Shown piece after piece: positions 25,922 through 32,000 of a stretch of 32,000 nucleotides of DNA. The stretch is from Halogeometricum borinquense DSM 11551 (GTDB lineage: Archaea; Halobacteriota; Halobacteria; Halobacteriales; Haloferacaceae): contig NC_014729.1 in NCBI RefSeq assembly GCF_000172995.2, positions 360,001 through 392,000 on the forward strand. Direction: 5' to 3'. The first letter of the stretch is position 1. The number at the start of each line of letters is the position of its first letter. The notes below the pieces were generated by a model, which saw only the letters and a list, made by a program, of their open reading frames with translations, was not told where the DNA came from and made no database searches. Position numbers and translations under genes: made by a program.

Positions 25922-28630
25922 ATGAATCGGGACAGTCACGATACCGAGGAGGCGGGCCACGACCACGGCCGCGATCATCCACCTTCTAGCGACGACACTG
26001 AAGCGTGCGGGTGTGATGATGGCTGTGACACGGATGAGTCGTCCACATCCGTAGCGAGTGGGTTCGACGGCGACGGGCAAACGCTTCGGCTGTCAGTGCC
26101 GGAGATGGATTGTCCCTCGTGTGCGGAGAAGGTCACAAAAAGCGTCCGTGGTGATGCGGGCGTTCGTGACGTAGACGCGCAACCGACGACGGGGACGTTG
26201 TACGTTCAGTACGACCCCACGGCGACCGACGACAGTGCTGTCCGGTCACGCGTCGAAAGCGCGGGCTACGCTATCGCTGATGAGGAGACGGTGACGTTCT
26301 CCGTCCCGGAGATGGACTGTCCCTCCTGTGCCGGAAAGGTGGAGAACTCCCTCGATGGTGTCTCTGGCATCGTTGACTTCGAGACGCAACCGACGGCTGG
26401 GAAGGTGACGATCCGCTACAACCCCGACGAGGCCTCGCGTGGTGACTTTGTGGCCGCTATCGAGGGTGCGGGCTACGCCGTCGAAGATGACGGAGGAGCG
26501 GACTCTCCGCACGATGTGTGGCGGAGTCAACGTGCACTGAAGACGTGGGGCGGTGCAGCCTTCCTCGCTGTCGGCCTCGGACTGGAGTTCGTTGTAGAGG
26601 GACTCGATTTGGTTCTCGCCGCGCCGGTCGGGTACGAGATCAGCGTTGCGTGGGTCTCGTACACGCTCGCCGTTCTCCTCGCGGGTATCCCCATTCTGCG
26701 GAACGGCTACTACTCAGCGAAGAATCTGAGTCTGGATATCGATCTGCTCATGACTGCGGGTATCGTCGGCGCGATGGCGGTCAACATGCCGTTCGAGGCG
26801 GCGACGCTCGCAGTCCTGTTCAGCGTCGCGGAACTACTCGAACGCTTCTCGATGGACCGCGCGCGCAACTCCCTGCGGGAATTAATGGAGTTGTCGCCCG
26901 ATACGGCAACAGTTCTCCGTAATTCCGGTTCCTCGAAGACATCCCAAGCGGAGCGCGAGGAAGTCGTCGTCCCCGTCGAGGATGTGGCCGTTGGCGAGAC
27001 CGTGATCGTCCGCCCCGGTGACCGCGTTCCGCTTGACGGCACCGTAACCGAAGGAACCTCTGCGGTTGACGAGTCACCGATTACGGGCGAATCCGTCCCC
27101 GTAGACAAAGAACCGGGTTTGGAGGTGTTCGCCGGGAGCATCGTCGAAGAGGGCTATCTCGAAATCGAGACGACCACGCCGGCGAGCGAATCGACGCTCT
27201 CGAAGGTGGTCGATATGGTCGAAGACGCCAACCGCGAGAAGACCGAGGCCGAGCGGTTTATCGACCGGTTCGCCCGGTACTACACCCCGATCATCGTCGT
27301 CGGTGCCATCGCCACAGCGACGGTACCGCCGCTTTTGTTCGAGGAACCGTTCCGCATGTGGTTCGTGCGCGCACTCACCCTCTTGGTGGTCGCCTGCCCC
27401 TGCGCGTTCGTCATCTCGACGCCTGTTTCCGTTGTCTCCGGTATCACCTCGGCGGCGCGTAACGGCGTTCTCGTGAAGGGCGGTCAACACCTCGAAGCGA
27501 TGAACGACGTTGACGCTGTCGCCGTGGACAAGACGGGGACGCTCACGACCGGCGAACTCGGCGTCACCGACGTGGTCGCCCTCAACGGCAACGACGAGTC
27601 GGACGTTCTCGGCTGTGCGGCCGCCATCGAATCACGCAGTGAACACCCCATCGCACAGGCTATCGTGGAGTACGCCGCCGACCGCGACGTGCCAGAACGG
27701 GATATTCGGGAGTTCGAGTCCATCACCGGCAAGGGCGTGAAAGCCGTCCTCGACGACAAAGTACACTACGCCGGCAAACCTGGTCTGTTCGAGAGTCTCG
27801 GATTCGACCTCGAACACACGCACGTCCAAGCGGATGGTGGCGTGCGGTCCGACGGCGGACAGGCCGTTGAGGACGCACGCAACTGCGACCACGGACGCTA
27901 TCTCGACTTGGCGAACGAAGTCGTCCCGCGTCTACAAGCCGAAGGTAAGTCGGTCGTTCTTGTCGGCACCGAAGACGAAATAGAGGGTGTCGTCGCCGTT
28001 GCCGACACAGTGCGTCCTGAATCGGCGTGGGCCGTTTCGCGCCTTCACGACCACGGCATTTCGCAGGTCGTGATGCTCACCGGCGACAACGAGCGCACCG
28101 CGCAAGTCATCGGTGAACGCGTCGGCGTAGACGAGGTCCGTGCCGACCTCTTGCCCGAACAGAAGGTCGAAGCCGTGCGCGAACTGCTTGCCGAACACGA
28201 CTCGGTAGCGATGGTCGGCGACGGCGTGAACGACGCGCCCGCTCTCGCCGCCGCGACGGTGGGCGTCGCCATGGGTGCTGCCGGAACGGATACGGCATTG
28301 GAGACGGCCGACGTGGCCCTTCTCTCAGACGACCTGACGCGACTGCCGTACCTCGTTGACCTCTCGAACGGCACCTCATCCGTCATCAGACAGAACGTCT
28401 GGTCGTCACTTGTCGTCAAAGGTGCCCTCGCGGTCGCCGCACCGCTCGGCATCATCAGTGTCGCCACCGCTATCATCGTCGGGGACATGGGTATGAGTCT
28501 CGGCGTGACGACGAACGCGCTCCGACTCGCAGGTGTTGACCCCGAGTCGGCAGTTGCGGACGCGGAGGCTGACCCTGGGGACGCGGAGTCGAGCGTGGAC
28601 GACTCTCTCGCTGATACGTCAGCCGCGTAA
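25922..28630 (+). CDS. heavy-metal translocating P1B-type ATPase, Zn/Cd/Pb-like (P1B-2 signature)
   Basis: His/Asp-rich N-terminus, two HMA domains (MDCPSCAEKV and MDCPSCAGKV), TM4 CPCAFVISTP (CPCx4SxP), DKTGTLT, GDGVNDAPAL, and TM6 GDMGMSLGVTTNALRL (DxG, as in ZntA-type pumps). Confidence 0.93.
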   Translation: MNRDSHDTEEAGHDHGRDHPPSSDDTEACGCDDGCDTDESSTSVASGFDGDGQTLRLSVPEMDCPSCAEKVTKSVRGDAGVRDVDAQPTTGTLYVQYDPTATDDSAVRSRVESAGYAIADEETVTFSVPEMDCPSCAGKVENSLDGVSGIVDFETQPTAGKVTIRYNPDEASRGDFVAAIEGAGYAVEDDGGADSPHDVWRSQRALKTWGGAAFLAVGLGLEFVVEGLDLVLAAPVGYEISVAWVSYTLAVLLAGIPILRNGYYSAKNLSLDIDLLMTAGIVGAMAVNMPFEAATLAVLFSVAELLERFSMDRARNSLRELMELSPDTATVLRNSGSSKTSQAEREEVVVPVEDVAVGETVIVRPGDRVPLDGTVTEGTSAVDESPITGESVPVDKEPGLEVFAGSIVEEGYLEIETTTPASESTLSKVVDMVEDANREKTEAERFIDRFARYYTPIIVVGAIATATVPPLLFEEPFRMWFVRALTLLVVACPCAFVISTPVSVVSGITSAARNGVLVKGGQHLEAMNDVDAVAVDKTGTLTTGELGVTDVVALNGNDESDVLGCAAAIESRSEHPIAQAIVEYAADRDVPERDIREFESITGKGVKAVLDDKVHYAGKPGLFESLGFDLEHTHVQADGGVRSDGGQAVEDARNCDHGRYLDLANEVVPRLQAEGKSVVLVGTEDEIEGVVAVADTVRPESAWAVSRLHDHGISQVVMLTGDNERTAQVIGERVGVDEVRADLLPEQKVEAVRELLAEHDSVAMVGDGVNDAPALAAATVGVAMGAAGTDTALETADVALLSDDLTRLPYLVDLSNGTSSVIRQNVWSSLVVKGALAVAAPLGIISVATAIIVGDMGMSLGVTTNALRLAGVDPESAVADAEADPGDAESSVDDSLADTSAA

Positions 28631-28673
28631 CTGGTCCGAACGGCTGGCAGAACGTTCTTTCCTTCCTGCACCA

Positions 28674-28687
28674 ATCTATCGATAGAT
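28674..28687. promoter_or_regulatory. perfect 14-nt palindrome ATCTATCGATAGAT overlapping the metzincin start codon
   Basis: Read directly from the sequence. The last two bases are the A and T of the ATG at 28686. Confidence 0.35.
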
Positions 28688-29759
28688 GTCCGCTCGCAGG
28701 TCCCCAGCAGTCGCACTCGTTCTTCTGTTGGTCCTCTCGGGTTGTCTCGCACCGTTCTCGGGCGCTGAATCCCCCATTCCCGTCGGCGATGAGACGCCGA
28801 GCGCAACCACGTCTACGGAACAAGCTGCCGCGAGGACGGCGACTCAGAACCCTTCCACCACCGCCGCACCGACTGGTGCGAGTCCGTGGGGCGACGACCC
28901 AATCGTCGTCGCCGTCTCTGATCCGGAACACACCGGACGCGACTGGACGCCACTCGTTCGACAAGCCGCGGCGTACTGGGAGACGAACGCCGAGCAGTAC
29001 GCTGGATATACTGTCGAATATGAAGTGCGTCCGGACGCGGCGAATCCCGATATCGTCGTGGAGTTCGTCGATGACGTGCCCGACTGCGACGGTGCCGAAG
29101 ACGCCGCGGGGTGCGCGCCGCTCATTACCGACCGGAGGCAGATAGACACCCCCGAGACGGTTTCCATCCAGACGAGGTTCTCGAACGACTCGACTGTCCT
29201 CGTCCTCGAACACGAGTTCGGCCATACCCTCGGTCTCACTCACGACGACGCGCCCGCGGACGTGATGGCGAGTCGCTCGGTGCTTTACACGACGCCACAA
29301 CCGAACGCCACCGAACGGGCGTTCCCGTGGGATGACGGCGAATTCACCGTCTACGTAGACTCAGCGAACGCGACGAAATCCGAACAGGCGCGCGAACAGG
29401 TCCAACACGCTCTCGACTACTACGAACGCGGTGCTGAGGGGATGCCGAACAACCTCACGTTTACCGTCGTTGACGACGCCGAGAACGCGGATATCGTCGT
29501 CGGCTTCTCGGATGAGTCTCCGTGTTCGCCGGATGCCGCCTCCTGCGGCGCGACGCGAGGGTGGGACCCCGACGGTGATGGCGTCGTCGAGACGTACTCG
29601 AATCTTCGAATCGTCCTCGTGGACCTCGATACCGACGCGGTGGGATGGCACACTGGCTACTGGCTGGCGTTTGGCTTCGGTGCGGAGGACGACGCTGAAA
29701 AACCAGACCCGTTCCGCGACGCCTCCTACCGGGAACGCCGGAACGAGTGGTGGGAGTGA
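28686..29759 (+). CDS. secreted metzincin-like zinc metalloprotease lipoprotein with an internal domain duplication
   Basis: Lipobox LLVLSGC and a Ser/Thr/Ala-rich linker. HEFGHTLGLTHDD (HExxHxxGxxHD) at 29211-29249, with a possible Met-turn ADVMAS. The second half repeats the fold pattern but lacks the metal ligands. Confidence 0.8.
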   Translation: MSARRSPAVALVLLLVLSGCLAPFSGAESPIPVGDETPSATTSTEQAAARTATQNPSTTAAPTGASPWGDDPIVVAVSDPEHTGRDWTPLVRQAAAYWETNAEQYAGYTVEYEVRPDAANPDIVVEFVDDVPDCDGAEDAAGCAPLITDRRQIDTPETVSIQTRFSNDSTVLVLEHEFGHTLGLTHDDAPADVMASRSVLYTTPQPNATERAFPWDDGEFTVYVDSANATKSEQAREQVQHALDYYERGAEGMPNNLTFTVVDDAENADIVVGFSDESPCSPDAASCGATRGWDPDGDGVVETYSNLRIVLVDLDTDAVGWHTGYWLAFGFGAEDDAEKPDPFRDASYRERRNEWWE

Positions 29760-29909
29760 TGTCGGGGTTGTCACTACGGGTGTTGAAGTATACTGCTGTA
29801 CCGTCGTCCGCTAGCAGGACGAGACTGATGGCCAGCCCGAAACTTCCCGACCCCGACGACTTGGACCGTTAGCTCATGTGTGGCCGAGACACGAACGCGG
29901 CGATGTGCT

Positions 29910-30200
29910 TCAACGAGGCTTTTCTGAACTAGGGCTGGGATAGCCCGAACCAACGCCCTCAGGAATCCGATATCTCTGGTGTGCGAATAAATAGCGTAGC
30001 GATTCATTAACACCTGTTGAGACTGCGCTCTCTGCGAATACCACTTCGGTGTCTGCAGAGTGCGTCGTAAAAACGGGATGCTTCGGGGTCGTACGGAAGA
30101 CAAAGCCTTCCGTGATGACGAGACATTCCGCGTCTCGAACCACTTGAACCTGAGGTGATTCACCGTACTCGACATCGTATTGGTGGCCTTGCTCAGGCAT
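29910..30200 (-). CDS. hypothetical protein (96 aa) in the low-GC island
   Basis: ATG at 30198-30200 is preceded by GGTGAgaaa (Shine-Dalgarno-like). MPEQGHQYDVEYGESPQVQVVRDAECLVITEGFVFRTTPKHP... is mildly acidic. The overlapping alternative frame 29774..30226 is basic and was rejected. No family recognised. Confidence 0.35.
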   Translation of the reverse strand: MPEQGHQYDVEYGESPQVQVVRDAECLVITEGFVFRTTPKHPVFTTHSADTEVVFAESAVSTGVNESLRYLFAHQRYRIPEGVGSGYPSPSSEKPR

Positions 30201-30322
30201 TTTCTCACCCCGTATTCGGTTTCCACATCGGTGTCTGTGGGTGTTCAACAGGATATGCGGTGATCGCCTTGTAGATACTGTCCGATGACTGGTATGAAGT
30301 GTCTGTTTCTCAGTGGGAGCAT

Positions 30323-30796
30323 TCAGTCAGTGAATATCTCAATGAGGGCTTGATCATCCCGGCGGCGGGCGATAGATCGGGGGGATTTTCCGGCGTCGTT
30401 CTGATTCGCTGGATCTGCCCCGTGAGCAACAAGTGATTGAATTATGTCGTCTTTGGTCTCTTCGTTCACTACTGCACTCCATAACGGTTGATTACCGTAG
30501 TCATCCGTTACTGTAACATCTGCTCCTTCACTAAGGAGAATCCTTACCATGTCTTCGTAACCCATCTCCAGCGCGTAATGGAGCGGTGTCTTCCCTTCTT
30601 TACCTCTGTGGTTGATGTCGATATCTCGATCTATGAGTTCTTTCGCAAACTCATCTTGTCCATATGCTGCTGCGGCATGGAGCAGATTATCGCCGGACTC
30701 GTCTAATGTATTTATATCGACGGTATTGATTAAATCCCGAAATTTCTCTTCATCGCCTTCTTCAATGCTGTAGAATAGGAGTGTCGTCTCATCCAT
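30323..30796 (-). CDS. ankyrin-repeat protein (157 aa, 3-4 ANK repeats); putative immunity protein
   Basis: ANK signatures GDNLLHAAAAYGQDEFAKELIDRDIDIN, GKTPLHYALEMGYEDMVRILLSEGADV, and GNQPLWSAV...LVAHGADP. The ATG lies 2 nt downstream of the toxin stop codon. Confidence 0.85.
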   Translation of the reverse strand: MDETTLLFYSIEEGDEEKFRDLINTVDINTLDESGDNLLHAAAAYGQDEFAKELIDRDIDINHRGKEGKTPLHYALEMGYEDMVRILLSEGADVTVTDDYGNQPLWSAVVNEETKDDIIQSLVAHGADPANQNDAGKSPRSIARRRDDQALIEIFTD

Positions 30797-30798
30797 CG

Positions 30799-31662
30799 TT
30801 ATTCATCTCCCTCGTACTTTCTACTGCGGTTGGCTTTTGGCTTTTCCGGCCGATAGTTATCCGGGTCCCGGTACCTGTTGAGAAATTCTTCTTTCGAAAT
30901 TAGTCCGCTTATGTACTTTTGATGCAATTTACGGTATTCCCTCCGGGGCTTGTGTCCCATATCCCACTGTCCCTCACGTGGTTCGCCTCGATCCCATTCG
31001 AGCCGTTCACCGGTATTTGGATCATAAACGTTCCCGTCTTCGTCTTTTGCCTGTTCCCACACTGCTTCGACTTGTCCATCGGCGTAATCTGGCCGGTTGT
31101 TGGCATATGGTTTGTCCTTCTCCTCACCACTTCTCGGCTGTTTGTACCTCTCTTCTAATTCGCTGAATTTTCCCTTTTCATCACGCTTCTGCTTTTCCCA
31201 CTGTTTGATCCTTTGAACGTGTATTCCTGCATTCGCCATGCGATGCACGCCGATTTTCCCACCTTGCATCACGCGCTGGGCGGTTTCTTCGGCTTCCCGC
31301 TCTAAGCGTGGGTCAGGATCAATCTCTAACTCGCCCGCTTGGGGGAGCATCGACACCGCGCCACCCGTTTGCTGGCGCACGTGTGCTAACTCGTGGGCGA
31401 GAATATGCTGGCCTTCAGCACTCGATGGATCGTACTCGCCGTGGTTGAACGCGATGTGATTGCCGACGGTAAACGCGCGGGCGTTGATGTCTTCACAGGC
31501 TTTCGCGGCCGATGGACCCGTGTGAATACGCACGTCGCCGAGGGTGTCACCCATCCGATCTTCCATCGCGCGCTGAATTGAGGTATTGAGACGCTGGTCA
31601 GACAGCACTGAAATATTACGAGCCGTCTCGTTAGAAAAGGCTCGTCTGTTGAGTAAACGCAC
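30799..31662 (-). CDS. polymorphic-toxin-like protein: N-terminal DUF4157 (HExxH) domain plus C-terminal GH-E family HNH/EndoVII nuclease domain
   Basis: DUF4157 pattern MEDRMGDTLGDVRIHTGPSAAKACEDINARAFTVGNHIAFNHGEY...ILAHELAHVRQQ. GH-E pattern GQVEAVWEQAKDEDGNVYDPNTGERLEW...WDMGHKPRREYRKLHQKY...EEFLNRYRDPDNYRPEKPKANRS. GTG start at 31662 is the first start in the frame. No signal peptide. Confidence 0.8.
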   Translation of the reverse strand: MRLLNRRAFSNETARNISVLSDQRLNTSIQRAMEDRMGDTLGDVRIHTGPSAAKACEDINARAFTVGNHIAFNHGEYDPSSAEGQHILAHELAHVRQQTGGAVSMLPQAGELEIDPDPRLEREAEETAQRVMQGGKIGVHRMANAGIHVQRIKQWEKQKRDEKGKFSELEERYKQPRSGEEKDKPYANNRPDYADGQVEAVWEQAKDEDGNVYDPNTGERLEWDRGEPREGQWDMGHKPRREYRKLHQKYISGLISKEEFLNRYRDPDNYRPEKPKANRSRKYEGDE

Positions 31663-32000
31663 CGCTTTCGGGGTTGTGGAACTCCGGATAGAAGTCGATA
31701 TAGCTGTAGCAGTGGGCCGCCATGAACTGTCCTAATCCCAGCACACGGAACTCCTCGGGCGGAACGACGCCCATCTCGATAAACACATCTCGAATCTGGC
31801 ACCGAAGGTAGTGATCCATGAACGACTGGAAGTATTCCAGGCTCTCTAGCTCAATCGGGAGCAGTTCGATAACCGTATCCGGCTCTCTGGAGGTCGGTTC
31901 GAGATGGTCATCGGCGGCCACTAAGTCCGTCCCTTCGGGGTGTTTGACGTACAATTGGGACGTGTTGTCGATATAGACCGCGTCTGAGAGGTCGATCTGT
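31631..32000 (-). CDS. hypothetical protein, 5'-truncated by the window edge
   Basis: The frame is open from the window end: ...QIDLSDAVYIDNTSQLYVKHPEGTDLVAADDHLEPTSREPDTVIELLPIELESLEYFQSFMDHYLRCQIRDVFIEMGVVPPEEF...*. The TTG at 31954 used by the ORF track is probably not the true start. The 3' end overlaps the toxin start by 32 nt. No family recognised. Confidence 0.5.
   Translation of the reverse strand, partial: QIDLSDAVYIDNTSQLYVKHPEGTDLVAADDHLEPTSREPDTVIELLPIELESLEYFQSFMDHYLRCQIRDVFIEMGVVPPEEFRVLGLGQFMAAHCYSYIDFYPEFHNPESGAFTQQTSLF

Noticed and set aside
28045-29300. Minus-strand ORFs 28045..28806 and 28473..29300
   Set aside because: Ser/Arg-rich shadow frames opposite the P-type ATPase and metzincin genes.
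29760-29910. tRNA gene or att site at the island boundary
   Set aside because: I scanned for T-loop (GGTTCGAATCC-like) and acceptor-stem features and found none. Only a weak 5-bp hairpin (gggct/agccc near 29933) is present. The other island end lies outside the window, so direct repeats cannot be assessed.
29774-30226. 150-aa basic ORF in the island
   Set aside because: The strongly basic, Ser/Arg-rich composition is atypical even for the island genes. It fully overlaps the better-supported 96-aa frame, which has an ATG and an SD-like motif. It could still reflect a decayed gene, as noted in the findings.
31636-31647. Twin-arginine-like NRRAF motif at the toxin N-terminus as a Tat signal
   Set aside because: The motif is followed by polar sequence (SNETARNISVLSDQ) rather than a hydrophobic h-region, and there is no cleavage or lipobox site. 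This is not a plausible Tat signal peptide.

Overview
High-GC (about 65% by hand counts) haloarchaeal chromosomal segment (class Halobacteria, Haloferax-like). The calls rest on the acidic proteome, Tat/lipobox lipoproteins, ribosomal protein S6e, TATA-like boxes about 27 nt upstream of start codons, and long Arg-rich antisense shadow ORFs. Most of the window is core genome. In order: the 3' end of an aminopeptidase-like gene, rps6e, two conserved hypotheticals, an unlisted 45-aa zinc-ribbon micro-protein, a DHH/DHHA1 phosphoesterase, and a cluster of three USP genes plus a GNAT gene. Next comes a peptide-type ABC importer (fused double ATPase, Tat-lipoprotein binding protein, two permeases). 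A solo TnpB (IS200/IS605, IS1341-type) element sits between a small membrane-protein gene and pyrC. Then follow a lipoate-ligase-like gene, an M23/LytM-like protein, a PaaI thioesterase, and nicotinamidase and nicotinate phosphoribosyltransferase separated by two tandem HExxH lipoprotein paralogs and a Thr/Pro-rich lipoprotein. After these come AMMECR1, an unusually long RNase P RNA, a Zn/Cd-type P1B ATPase, and an internally duplicated metzincin lipoprotein. From about 29.77 kb to the window end G+C drops to roughly 40-47%, marking an accessory island. It holds the most interesting candidate: a DUF4157 (HExxH) + GH-E HNH/EndoVII nuclease polymorphic-toxin-like gene whose stop lies 2 nt from the start of an ankyrin-repeat gene (putative immunity). 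An unknown, edge-truncated upstream ORF overlaps the toxin start. All family assignments are motif recognition by eye; no searches were run.
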